Source: an uncultured Candidatus Micrarchaeota archaeon (lineage in GTDB: Archaea > Micrarchaeota > Micrarchaeia > Anstonellales > J096). Taken from it: a DNA stretch of 56,692 nt. The stretch covers positions 1 through 56,692 of the forward strand of contig CALKCX010000010.1 in assembly GCA_938083015.1 (NCBI GenBank), written 5' to 3'. A program made the translations under genes and the position numbers. Below are positions 9,305 through 19,138 of this stretch, piece after piece. Position 1 is the first letter of the stretch; each line of letters starts with the position of its first letter. The notes beneath the pieces are model-generated. The model saw only the letters and a program-made list of their open reading frames with translations. It was not told the origin of the DNA and did not search any database.

Positions 9305-10147
9305 TTTCTCTAACACATCTTCCAAATATATTTTATCAATCTTAACAGGATTACCTCCTAATCTTCTAATAACTTCTTGATCTAAAGTATTCGAATTATT
9401 CTTATATATTATCCCTATAGGTATTCTTTCCCATTCTGTATCATAAGGTTCATTTGCTTTCTTCCATGCTTGTTCAAAATCTTCAGGATTATGATCTGTA
9501 ATATAAACTCTTTTCTGGTACCATTCATATCCATTTACAGTATTCCATGTTACACACGGTTGATATACGTTTATATAACTAAACCCTTTATGCTCTATAG
9601 ATTGTTGAATTAATTGAGATAGATGTTTTATATTACCAGCATAACCTGCTGAAACCATACTGGCCTTTTGAGATACTAACATAGGTATAGGTCTTACTGG
9701 TTCTATTGGAGTACCATCAGGATATGTTTTGCTTTTAAATCCTTTTCTAGATGTAGGACTGCTTTGACCTGTAGTTAGTCCATACACTTGATTATCTTGC
9801 AATATATATGTTATATCTACATTATATCTAGTAATATGAAGTAGATGATTTCCACCTTCTGACAATCCATCTCCGTCTCCACCAATGGCAATAACAGTAA
9901 GATCTGGATTAGCTATTTTTATACCTAAAGCTAATGGTAATAATCTACCGTGTAATCCTTCGTAACCATATGTTCTTATATAATGGGGTGTTTTGCCCCC
10001 ACATCCAATACCAGATACTATAACTACTTCACTAGGATCTTTGTCAAGATTTGCTAAAGCTGTCTTTATCGACATTAATATTCCAAAATCTCCACAACCA
10101 GGACACCATTGTGGTTTTTCATTAGTATTTATCAAAGCTATATTCAT
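9296..10147 (-). CDS. 2-oxoacid:ferredoxin oxidoreductase beta subunit
   Basis: WCPGCGDFG, SGIGC, LHGR, GGDGDG..EGGNH, DNQVYGLTTGQSSPT, QPCVTWN; SD GGGTGA upstream. Confidence 0.95.
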   Translation of the reverse strand: MNIALINTNEKPQWCPGCGDFGILMSIKTALANLDKDPSEVVIVSGIGCGGKTPHYIRTYGYEGLHGRLLPLALGIKIANPDLTVIAIGGDGDGLSEGGNHLLHITRYNVDITYILQDNQVYGLTTGQSSPTSRKGFKSKTYPDGTPIEPVRPIPMLVSQKASMVSAGYAGNIKHLSQLIQQSIEHKGFSYINVYQPCVTWNTVNGYEWYQKRVYITDHNPEDFEQAWKKANEPYDTEWERIPIGIIYKNNSNTLDQEVIRRLGGNPVKIDKIYLEDVLEKLR

Positions 10148-10151
10148 TTTC

Positions 10152-11888
10152 TCACCCTAATCGCCAAGGAGTATACAATTCATATATATCAAAATCCTCT
10201 CCAAGTATTTCTATACCTTTGTAATTTCTATCTTTAAGATTATTCAAAGCTTTTATAAGTTGATGTGGAAATATTGGTCTACCAGTATATTTTAATACAG
10301 AGAAATCCGCATTTATATCTATGAACATTCTTAGAAATCTATATAAGGCCTGATTAGAATTGTTTTCTACAAAACCTATAATTTCGTATTTCTTTATCAT
10401 CTTCTCTATTTCTAATTTGTTAACAGGATATATCCAGTTAAAATGCATAACATCAAAATCTATCTTATCGAATACTTCAAGTATAGGCAATATCTGACTT
10501 CCCCAGCATATTAACAATTTATCTGAATTTTTAGAGTATAATTTTGGTAACGTCTGCTCATTTTTCAATATCGTATCTATTTTTTTATTACGTTTCTCTA
10601 CTTGCATTTTTCTTTGATTAAAATCTTCAGTAGTAAAGCTATCTTCCATATGTTCATAACTTGAAGCTATGTGCATTCCATTCTTTATTCCAGGTATAGG
10701 CATTTCAGATATTCCATCTTCCGTGTATTTATATCTTAAAAATCTCTGCCCAGGTGGTAAAACATTATCTATGTGATTATACAATACCTTTCCATGTTCT
10801 ATTTCTATCTTTGCAAAATTATCTATTGAAAAGTATGTTTCTGATAAAAACTTATCTGATAGTACAAATACAGGTAATTGGTATTTTTGAGCTAAGTTAA
10901 ATGCATTGCCCATATACCAATAGGCCTCTTGAACAGTACCTGGTGCAAGAATTATCTTTGGAAAGTCTCCTTGACCAGCTCCCCATATTTGGAATAAATC
11001 TGCTTGCTCTGTCCAAGTAGGCATACCTGTTGATGGTCCTACTCTTTGAGATATAAAGTATACCATTGGAGTCTCTGCCAATCCAACCATACTAACTGTT
11101 TCTGTCATTAAGGCAAATCCTCCACCGCTAGTACCTGTCATTGCCCTAACTCCAGCATAATTTGCACCAATAGCAATATTAGCAGCAGCAATTTCATCTT
11201 CTGCCTGTATTACATATACCTTTGCCTTATCTCTAACATTTATTAGAAAATGAAATAAACTAGACGCGGGTGTCATAGGATAAAATGAAGCTATTCTCAT
11301 TCCACCTGCAATAGCACCTAGACCAAATGCCTCATTACCGCTTATTACAATCTTTTCTAATCCTATTTGTTTAACGTTAATATATCTATATGTTGTCTGA
11401 TATCCTAATTCAACAGCTTTAAGGTTACTTTCCAGTATAGTTTTATCTTTACTACCGAACATCTTATTAACAATATCAATTAAGTATTGTTTAGGATAAT
11501 TCAAAGTAGCTAATAAAGCAGATGTTAACAATATGTTTTTAACTTTAGGATTTAGATTATGTTTTTGTATAAGTTCATTGGCATTTATAATTAGGTCTGC
11601 ATTAGAAACACTTTCGTCTCCGATTACAATACCTTCTGTCCATTGTTTTAAATACCTATATCCGTCTTTACCTATACTTAATAATATGTCTGCTGTTGCC
11701 ACTGGTGAATATATTTGTTTATCAGAAAATCTTATATGTATAACATTTAATCCCCCTTTTATCAAAGATGGGTATTCTGGATAAGCTATTACATTATAAC
11801 CTAATTTACTAAACAATTTAGCTAGTAGATTACCAATAGAAAACGCACCTTCTCCAGCTAAGGCCGCTACTTTTATATTCACATCCAT
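10152..11888 (-). CDS. 2-oxoacid:ferredoxin oxidoreductase alpha subunit (gamma-alpha fusion)
   Basis: AGEG..SIG, YPSLIKGG, SGNEAFGLGA, YPMTPAS, QAEDEIAA, TSGGGFALMTE, QRVGPSTGMPT. TTTAAA at 11910-11915. Confidence 0.95.
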   Translation of the reverse strand: MDVNIKVAALAGEGAFSIGNLLAKLFSKLGYNVIAYPEYPSLIKGGLNVIHIRFSDKQIYSPVATADILLSIGKDGYRYLKQWTEGIVIGDESVSNADLIINANELIQKHNLNPKVKNILLTSALLATLNYPKQYLIDIVNKMFGSKDKTILESNLKAVELGYQTTYRYINVKQIGLEKIVISGNEAFGLGAIAGGMRIASFYPMTPASSLFHFLINVRDKAKVYVIQAEDEIAAANIAIGANYAGVRAMTGTSGGGFALMTETVSMVGLAETPMVYFISQRVGPSTGMPTWTEQADLFQIWGAGQGDFPKIILAPGTVQEAYWYMGNAFNLAQKYQLPVFVLSDKFLSETYFSIDNFAKIEIEHGKVLYNHIDNVLPPGQRFLRYKYTEDGISEMPIPGIKNGMHIASSYEHMEDSFTTEDFNQRKMQVEKRNKKIDTILKNEQTLPKLYSKNSDKLLICWGSQILPILEVFDKIDFDVMHFNWIYPVNKLEIEKMIKKYEIIGFVENNSNQALYRFLRMFIDINADFSVLKYTGRPIFPHQLIKALNNLKDRNYKGIEILGEDFDIYELYTPWRLG

Positions 11889-11948
11889 ACCAGTTTATCT
11901 ATAGTAATATTTAAAAGATAAGATATTGAAATTTTATAGATAAATGAA

Positions 11949-12524
11949 TTAGCAGCTGTCTCCTATGCATATCTCTATAGGTTCTCCTTTATACTCTCCT
12001 GGTTCAGGACCATAATGGACGAATTTATCCATATCCACTATCTTTAATTCTATATCTTTCATGAATAATTCGGGAAAGTATTTCCATTCATTCCATCCTA
12101 CTGCAAGTATTTTAACATCTATTCCATGCTTTGCCAATAATAATCCTGTTTTTGCCCCAGTTTTACAAGGTGCAGAGCTACAATATATTATTATGGTTCT
12201 ATTTGGATATTTTTGTTTCAATTCTCTAAATTTAGAAACTATTTGATCAGGATTATCAAGTTGATCTTTATAATTAATACTTGTATAAACTGGTATATTA
12301 ATTGCTCCAATGATGTGTCCATTGTTATATTCAATCTCAGTTCTTACATCTACTAAAATAAAGCTATCATCATTTCTAGATATTGCTTTAACTAATGAAT
12401 GTGGACTAACCTCTACAGTAGTTTTGGTAAGATAATAATTGTAATATACATTATTGAAAAGTATATTGTAAATCCATCCCCCGATCAATCCAGATATTAT
12501 GGATATGAAAATTATTTTATACAT
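11949..12524 (-). CDS. Rhodanese-like domain protein with N-terminal membrane anchor
   Basis: LVDVRTEIEYNNGHIIGAINIP and IIIYCSSAPCKTG..AVGWNEW; hydrophobic N-terminus. Confidence 0.8.
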   Translation of the reverse strand: MYKIIFISIISGLIGGWIYNILFNNVYYNYYLTKTTVEVSPHSLVKAISRNDDSFILVDVRTEIEYNNGHIIGAINIPVYTSINYKDQLDNPDQIVSKFRELKQKYPNRTIIIYCSSAPCKTGAKTGLLLAKHGIDVKILAVGWNEWKYFPELFMKDIELKIVDMDKFVHYGPEPGEYKGEPIEICIGDSC

Positions 12525-12792
12525 ATTTTATCTTTATCTCCCCTGTCTTTATCCTAGATACGCACATTAATCTAGGATTTTTTACTCCGTTGATTGTACT
12601 TAAAGTCATTTGCTCTATTTCTTCAGCAGGATATAGATTCTCTGCCCCTTCTACAACATCTACTAAACAAGTAGTACAAACGCCTTCTCTACAAGCAAAC
12701 AATATATTGCTTTTACCATCCAATTCCAATAATAAACTATGATCTTTTACTTCTATCGTCTTGTTTTCATCTATTATATGTACTTTGGCCAT
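12517..12792 (-). CDS. fdx: [2Fe-2S] ferredoxin
   Basis: FACREGVCTTC...RLMC plant-type motif. Start moved to ATG 12792 (MAKVHII), which is 23-28 nt from TTTAAA. Confidence 0.9.
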   Translation of the reverse strand: MAKVHIIDENKTIEVKDHSLLLELDGKSNILFACREGVCTTCLVDVVEGAENLYPAEEIEQMTLSTINGVKNPRLMCVSRIKTGEIKIKYV

Positions 12793-12814
12793 AATCATAT
12801 TCAGAATATAGATT

Positions 12815-12820
12815 TTTAAA
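12815..12820. promoter_or_regulatory. Shared palindromic TATA box of the divergent fdx / SufT-like pair
   Basis: TTTAAA lies 23-28 nt from ATG 12792 (minus) and 22-27 nt from ATG 12842 (plus). Confidence 0.55.
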
Positions 12821-12841
12821 ACTATACTATTAGATATGCCT

Positions 12842-13186
12842 ATGGATAAAAGAGAATTAAGATCTTTAATAGTCTCTAAGCTAGAGAAAATCAAAGATCC
12901 TGAGTTCGATTATAATATTATTGAATTAGGTCTAGTTTATAGTATAGATATTGACCTTGAAAATAAATATGCCTATGTTAAGATGACTTTAACAACTCCT
13001 TTTTGTCCTTATGGTAATACAATTATAAGTGAAGTACAACAGAAATTAGAAGAGATTACTGAATTAGAAAACATAGATGTAGATATAGTATTCGAACCAG
13101 AATGGAAACCAGAATATATGGAAGAAGATCCTAAAAGAAAATTAATAGAAGAAGGGGTATTTAAGAGCTCCCCTTTAGAGAACTAA
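12842..13186 (+). CDS. SufT/PaaD-like (DUF59, MIP18 family) Fe-S assembly protein
   Basis: LEKIKDPEFDYNIIELGLVYSI..MTLTTPFCPY..VFEPEW. ORF-track start is 12836; TATA spacing favours 12842. Confidence 0.9.
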   Translation: MDKRELRSLIVSKLEKIKDPEFDYNIIELGLVYSIDIDLENKYAYVKMTLTTPFCPYGNTIISEVQQKLEEITELENIDVDIVFEPEWKPEYMEEDPKRKLIEEGVFKSSPLEN

Positions 13187-13400
13187 CTACTACTACATCA
13201 GCTATAGATTTAACATTCTCGAATTTAATACTTTTTTCATTTATAACTTGTTTTGCCTTCTCTGCAGAAGTAGGTAGATCTTCTAGAAGAAGTCTAGATA
13301 TAACACCTTTTTCCATATCTATGATTATTTCGTGTACTGTACCTAGGAATTTACCTGTATCTGTAAATACCTCTTTACCATACAAATCAGAGATCTTCAT
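13161..13400 (-). CDS. PRC-barrel domain protein
   Basis: MKISDLYGKEVFTDTGKFLGTVHEIIID...VKSIADVVVV. The GTG in the ORF track is part of the SD (AGGTGA); true ATG is at 13400. Confidence 0.85.
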   Translation of the reverse strand: MKISDLYGKEVFTDTGKFLGTVHEIIIDMEKGVISRLLLEDLPTSAEKAKQVINEKSIKFENVKSIADVVVVSSLKGSS

Positions 13401-13409
13401 TTTTATCAC

Positions 13410-14093
13410 CTATTTATCAATATTCTCTTTAACGAATTTCTCTAATCTTTTAGCTACTACGTCTTGACCTCCTAGACCAAATGCTAGACCGAATGCTAAT
13501 GCAAATGCCAATGCAATTCCTGCAAACATTACCAATACTATCTGTCCTAGTAATTGCATATTTGAACTAGGGAATATTGCTGGCATTGCTATTACAAAAC
13601 CCAATATAGCTATAAATACTTGTGTAATCATTGCCAAGTAATCTTTCATAACAAGATGATCTTTCTCTCTTATTCTATCTGATATTAGATCTGCTATAAT
13701 TAGGAATAATACTAGGATTATTACACCTTGGAATAGAGATGACATATATGTTAATATACTTCTAAGTACTTGTTGCATTTCTAATGCCCCTGCTACTCTT
13801 TTAATAGATAAATCCATAGCTAAGATCATACCTATTAATAATAGGTATACAAATAGAAGTGTAGAGAATACGCTTTTTATATCTATTCCTAATAGAGCGT
13901 CTTTAAGTTTAAATTTTTCTAGCGTCTCGTCTATCTTAAATACCTTCCATATAGCAGATATTATTCTATTGGCGATGGAATTAGATAATACCCAAACTAG
14001 CATTAGTAATACTAGGAATAGTGTAAATGGAATTACTATATTGTTTATTACCGATGGGATTAACAATAACATCTGTTCTATTATAGAGTTCAT
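13410..14093 (-). CDS. CmpX/MscS-TM-like membrane protein (conserved TM helix repeat)
   Basis: Multi-TM; KIDETLEKFKL, YMSSLFQGVIILV, ALAFGLAFGLGGQD. Confidence 0.65.
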   Translation of the reverse strand: MNSIIEQMLLLIPSVINNIVIPFTLFLVLLMLVWVLSNSIANRIISAIWKVFKIDETLEKFKLKDALLGIDIKSVFSTLLFVYLLLIGMILAMDLSIKRVAGALEMQQVLRSILTYMSSLFQGVIILVLFLIIADLISDRIREKDHLVMKDYLAMITQVFIAILGFVIAMPAIFPSSNMQLLGQIVLVMFAGIALAFALAFGLAFGLGGQDVVAKRLEKFVKENIDK

Positions 14094-14172
14094 ATTAATA
14101 ATACATAGATTAGCTTTAAAAACATTACCTTTTATCTAATCATTTTAAAGCTTATAGATGTATTTTAAAATA

Positions 14173-15387
14173 ATGCTAGAAATACTAATATTGTTGGTGC
14201 TGATATTTGTAATACAGCTTCTCTCTAATCTTATAAGAATACCGTTTATCTTATTTATCCTTGTCTTCTCTGCTTTAATAGGTCCTAATGGTTTTATAAG
14301 TAAAATGTATAATATAAACATAATAGATGAAAACGTCATAAACATATTGTCTCAACTTGGAGTATTACTATTACTTTACCTTATTGGACTTCAGATGAAT
14401 ATAAGAGATATTATTACGTATAATATTAGAGCATTGGGGTTTTTTCTGTTTACAAACCTATCTCTTGGTCTGGCATTATATATGATAATACAGAATATCA
14501 TACCTGGACTTCCTTCTAAAGAGCTTGCCTTTATACTAGCAATAGTATTGACTTTTACATCTACGGCAATATATTACGAATTAGCTAAAGATTATAAATT
14601 GGATAAAAAACCAGAATCCAAATTATTATTTTCACGTAGTATTATAGAAGATGTGTTATCAATATTGATATTGGCCTTTATGTTTAGTGTAACAGAACAT
14701 GATACGAACCAAATATCAAATATTATATATAAACTAGCGGTATCTTTTGTATTATTTATAGTAGCAATATTTTTCATATACATCATATTTTCATTAATTA
14801 GAGATATAATCAATGGAATTGGATTGCAACAAAATGACGATGCTAATAAACAAATATATTTTTCATTCTTCATAAGTATATTCGTGATAATAATATTAAC
14901 ATCTCAAATTCTAGGATTTCCTATGGGAGTAGCTGCATTTATAGCTGGTATAATCTCAAATCTATACTCTAGAGAATTTCAACAGATACGAGATAGTATA
15001 TTTATCTTTTCCGAGACCTTTGTATCAATTTTCCTTATATACATTGGTAGTCAATTAGATCTAACAGTATTGTTCAATCCTGTATATTGGCAAATTAGTA
15101 TTATAATATTGGCCACGATAGCTATAATAAAAACTATAACGTCGTTATACTATTATAATAAAACAGGTTATAATATGAAGAATGCTATAGGTGTATCATT
15201 TTTATCATTACCTATAGGAGAGTTTACCTTAATTATTTTGGCAGAATTTGACAAAATCTTTAATCTTAATCTTATAAATATAGGTTTTATGTTATTGTTA
15301 TTATCAGTATTATTAGCAATATTTTTAATGAATATTAGCGATTTTCTAATAAGATTTTACGAAAGAATAACTAGAACGAGAATATGA
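14173..15387 (+). CDS. Cation:proton antiporter (CPA2/Kef-type)
   Basis: About 12 TM helices; LSQLGVLLLLYLIGLQ, TSTAI, IIEDV, PIGEFTLII. Start 14173 from TATA at 14144-14149 (ORF track gives 14158). Confidence 0.85.
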   Translation: MLEILILLVLIFVIQLLSNLIRIPFILFILVFSALIGPNGFISKMYNINIIDENVINILSQLGVLLLLYLIGLQMNIRDIITYNIRALGFFLFTNLSLGLALYMIIQNIIPGLPSKELAFILAIVLTFTSTAIYYELAKDYKLDKKPESKLLFSRSIIEDVLSILILAFMFSVTEHDTNQISNIIYKLAVSFVLFIVAIFFIYIIFSLIRDIINGIGLQQNDDANKQIYFSFFISIFVIIILTSQILGFPMGVAAFIAGIISNLYSREFQQIRDSIFIFSETFVSIFLIYIGSQLDLTVLFNPVYWQISIIILATIAIIKTITSLYYYNKTGYNMKNAIGVSFLSLPIGEFTLIILAEFDKIFNLNLINIGFMLLLLSVLLAIFLMNISDFLIRFYERITRTRI

Positions 15388-16337
15388 ACGTATTAGGAAT
15401 AGAATCTACAGCTCATACTCTTGGAATTGGGATAAAAATTCAAGATAAATTGATCAATGTTTTAGATACGTATAAAAAAGAATACATACCTAGAGAATTA
15501 GCTGAACATCATGCAAAACTCTTTCCTGAATTATTAAAAAATGCTTTAGATTTGGCCAATATATATTTAGACGATATAGATCTTATAGCTGTAAGTCAAG
15601 GCCCAGGTATAGGGGCGCCATTATCAGTCGGTGTTGGTATTGCCAATTATCTGGGAAGTAAATTAAACATACCTGTAATAGGAGTAAATCATGGATATGC
15701 ACATATAAAGATTGTTGAATACACTAACGCTAGATCTGGGGATCTTGCATTGTATATAAGTGGTGGTAATACTATGATAATAAGAACTAAGGACTTAAAG
15801 ATCATAGGAGAAACTCTAGATATGGGAATAGGTAATATGTTAGATAAAGCTGCTAGGAAGATAGGTTTAAATAATGCTGCTGAATTAGAAAAGTTGGCAT
15901 TAGAAGCTAAAGAATACATAAGATTGCCATATACAGTTAAGGGAATGAATGTAACTTTTGCAGGAATATATACGTATTTTGTCAACAATATAGAATATTA
16001 CAACAAGGAAGATCTTGCTTATTCTCTATTTCACACAAGTTATAGTATGTTATTAGAAACTCTTGCAAGAGCTGCGTTTGCATATAATGCTAAATCAATT
16101 ATAATATGTGGCGGAGTAGCTCAAAGTGTAATACTAAATAAGATGTTAGATAAATTTGCTAACCAATACGATTTATTATTATTGAGAACTGATAATATGT
16201 ATAATCGAGACAATGGGGCAATGATAGCAGTTCTAGGTGAATACTTATATCAACATGGATATAGGTCAAAATATCCTCTCGAGGCCATTCCAGATTATCG
16301 AGTATCAGATAGTCTAAAATATTATTTTACCTTATAG
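15384..16337 (+). CDS. kae1: tRNA N6-adenosine threonylcarbamoyltransferase Kae1
   Basis: LGIESTAHT, SQGPGIG, VNHGYAHI, LYISGGNT, GETLDMGIGN, DNGAMIA. Confidence 0.95.
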   Translation: MNVLGIESTAHTLGIGIKIQDKLINVLDTYKKEYIPRELAEHHAKLFPELLKNALDLANIYLDDIDLIAVSQGPGIGAPLSVGVGIANYLGSKLNIPVIGVNHGYAHIKIVEYTNARSGDLALYISGGNTMIIRTKDLKIIGETLDMGIGNMLDKAARKIGLNNAAELEKLALEAKEYIRLPYTVKGMNVTFAGIYTYFVNNIEYYNKEDLAYSLFHTSYSMLLETLARAAFAYNAKSIIICGGVAQSVILNKMLDKFANQYDLLLLRTDNMYNRDNGAMIAVLGEYLYQHGYRSKYPLEAIPDYRVSDSLKYYFTL

Positions 16338-19087
16338 ATTTTTACATAACCATTATTAAATACTAGATCAAATCCATCTAATTTCTCAAGCACATAGGCC
16401 CTATAGATTGTGGAATTGTAAAATCTCTTAGTAGCATCTTTGTATCCATCTACCCAATTTCCATCATCAAACCATGCACGATCTTCCGTATACAATATTA
16501 ACAGAGCGTTTTGATTTATCAATATTGGTATTCCTTTATGTAATCTTAGTGTATTTATATCATATAAAACATGTCTTATTGGATAATTATTTATAAGTTC
16601 TAATACAAATCTATTTTCTATTCTATTTAAATCTAAAACACCGTCATTGTTAACTACACAATAAGATCTAATTCTTTCTGGACTAAGAGCTCCTGTATAT
16701 CCTTTGTATTCCAATCTATATCCTACTCTACCTATTTTATTGTTAATAAAACATCTTTCATCTGATAATATTACAATTTCCCATGTATTATCTGCTTCAC
16801 ATCTACTGGAAAACATAGGAAAGCTCTCGTTTACCTGTTTTATCTTAGCACATGCCAGATAATTCAAAGCATAGAATTTGCCCCCGAATATTACATCACC
16901 TCCTAATATTATCTCTCTATCAAACAAAGCATACTTAGATCCATATTTATCTAATGTTTCTCTAAGTTGACTTTCATTACCTATTATGTAAGAATAAGCA
17001 ACATCTAAAATCATACTCAATACGCTATGATCGTTTCTTATAGTAGCTCTTCTATTTCCCCAATAGTTTATCCAATGCCCATAATCCCACCAAGATGTTA
17101 TTATAGCATCTGGTTCAGTTTGATCTCGAATAAACATCATAGGACTATACCATTCTATTGGAATATGATTACACGATGTAGAATACAATATATTATATAT
17201 AATATCCGATCTTCTATTTAAGATAAGATCAAGTTGACAAGCTATTCTACTATATTGGGTTGTAATAGTAATATTTTCACATATATTGTTAAAACTTGGA
17301 TATTGATTACAGAAGGTCTTCAAAGTTTCATTCAACAATTCTATATTTTGAGATATCGGAGTAACGAAATTAGATCTTAATAGTAAAGACATTGTATCAA
17401 TTGTCGATACCCCGCTATATCCGGTGAATATAAATAATAGTACTGATAGTACAATAGGAATTGATTTATGAAGAGAAAGTATTTTACTAATAAAGTATAG
17501 CAATATAAATAAATAACCAAACGTAAAATATATCTCGAATTTAGCTTTTAATAATCCTATTGTAAATAGTAGCATTGGCACAGATATTATGAAAGCGTCG
17601 TTAAATTCTATTCTATTTTTTACAAACTTATATATATCAGATAAATAGAATAATAGGGCAAAAAATAGTATACCGTAAGCAATACTTGTTTCTTTATCTA
17701 TCCATTCTATCACCATGAATGAAGATAGAATTTTAAATATTATACTAAACATCGCATTTAAAATAGCAGAAGGGATATAGAAGAAAATTGAGATTAATAA
17801 TTTTAATATCGTACTATAAGGGTCTTTACCTAATCTATCTGGAGCAATACCTAGTTTACCAAAGTTATCTTCTAATGTTGCCCCAGCTGGATTCTGTTCT
17901 GCAATAGTTCTTTCTAAAGGATTATTGTATTGCATTGCATACAATATTGTATCTTTAAACAAGATTATCGATAATACAAAGAATAATAATATTGCTAACA
18001 ATACTATGTTTTGGTTTATATTAATATCTTTTCTTAATTTACTACTAATATATAAAGCAGCTGGTGATAATCCAAATAATAATCTAGATAAGGATTCGGA
18101 ATAGATAAATAAGAATATACCGGCAATAGAAGCAATAGATAAATACATTAGAATATCTTGGACATCTTTCTCATATTTAATATAGGCCAAACCTAAGGAT
18201 ATTAAAAATATTATTATAATTGCTGGTAATGCTACTGCACCAGTAATTGCCGATATGTAAGATAAGGTTAATAAAACATAAGCTATATTATCTTTAGTCT
18301 TTAATGCTAAAGCTAAAGATGCTATAAGAATAGAGAATATAAAGAAATTGAAAGGTTGATATTCGAATACTCCTGCTTGAAATTTTAGTATGAATATAGG
18401 TATCATACTAACAAAATAGGCAAATGCTATTGACAATAATCTATTATTTGTGATAATCAAAGCAACTAGATAAAATGAGAATATCATTAGTATAGCGTTT
18501 ATAGGAGGGAATAAATTTGCAACGGCCGCTAGTCTTATATCATCAATAACATTGCCATACATTAGATAATAAAGACTTCCTATATTATAATGATAAAATG
18601 GGGGGTTTCTATGAGTACTAACATTATAAGGATTCCATGCACTGTCATCGTATTTAGGAATCTGACCATAATTTAAAAGATACTTTACACCATCTAGATA
18701 AAAATAAGGATCAAATTCATAGTATATTGGAGAAAATGAAAAAATTCTCAAATTCCAACTAGATATTATTAGCAATAGTAATAGTATAGCATAAATATGT
18801 TCTTTATCAATATTAAATTTATAATCAATTCTATTCTTGATTAGTATCAACATGATTATTAAAAATGCTATATAAGATAATGCTATTGAGATTAAGCTTA
18901 TATTGCCCAGTATATACGATATGATAATGGTTAAATTTGTTATTGATAGATAGCTTAAGATAATACCAAGAAACCATCTCTCTAAAAAGTTTAGATTGCC
19001 TATTTTAATTAACGTCAATAGTAAACCTGGAATTAAATAAAGTATGAACAATATTATGTATATCTGTTGCCATTCAAATAAGAACAT
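16322..19087 (-). CDS. aglB: Oligosaccharyltransferase AglB (STT3 family)
   Basis: YYEFDPYFY, ERTIAEQNP, ITSWWDYGHWI, multi-TM N-half. Start moved from TTG 19102 to ATG 19087. Confidence 0.93.
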   Translation of the reverse strand: MFLFEWQQIYIILFILYLIPGLLLTLIKIGNLNFLERWFLGIILSYLSITNLTIIISYILGNISLISIALSYIAFLIIMLILIKNRIDYKFNIDKEHIYAILLLLLIISSWNLRIFSFSPIYYEFDPYFYLDGVKYLLNYGQIPKYDDSAWNPYNVSTHRNPPFYHYNIGSLYYLMYGNVIDDIRLAAVANLFPPINAILMIFSFYLVALIITNNRLLSIAFAYFVSMIPIFILKFQAGVFEYQPFNFFIFSILIASLALALKTKDNIAYVLLTLSYISAITGAVALPAIIIIFLISLGLAYIKYEKDVQDILMYLSIASIAGIFLFIYSESLSRLLFGLSPAALYISSKLRKDININQNIVLLAILLFFVLSIILFKDTILYAMQYNNPLERTIAEQNPAGATLEDNFGKLGIAPDRLGKDPYSTILKLLISIFFYIPSAILNAMFSIIFKILSSFMVIEWIDKETSIAYGILFFALLFYLSDIYKFVKNRIEFNDAFIISVPMLLFTIGLLKAKFEIYFTFGYLFILLYFISKILSLHKSIPIVLSVLLFIFTGYSGVSTIDTMSLLLRSNFVTPISQNIELLNETLKTFCNQYPSFNNICENITITTQYSRIACQLDLILNRRSDIIYNILYSTSCNHIPIEWYSPMMFIRDQTEPDAIITSWWDYGHWINYWGNRRATIRNDHSVLSMILDVAYSYIIGNESQLRETLDKYGSKYALFDREIILGGDVIFGGKFYALNYLACAKIKQVNESFPMFSSRCEADNTWEIVILSDERCFINNKIGRVGYRLEYKGYTGALSPERIRSYCVVNNDGVLDLNRIENRFVLELINNYPIRHVLYDINTLRLHKGIPILINQNALLILYTEDRAWFDDGNWVDGYKDATKRFYNSTIYRAYVLEKLDGFDLVFNNGYVKIYKVK

Positions 19088-19110
19088 GTTATTGATAAAC
19101 AAGATAAATT

Positions 19111-19116
19111 TTTAAA
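19111..19116. promoter_or_regulatory. Shared palindromic TATA box of the divergent aglB / TPR-AAA pair
   Basis: TTTAAA lies 24-29 nt from ATG 19087 and 23-28 nt from ATG 19139. Confidence 0.6.
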
Positions 19117-19138
19117 CATTTTACATAATTAATGAATT

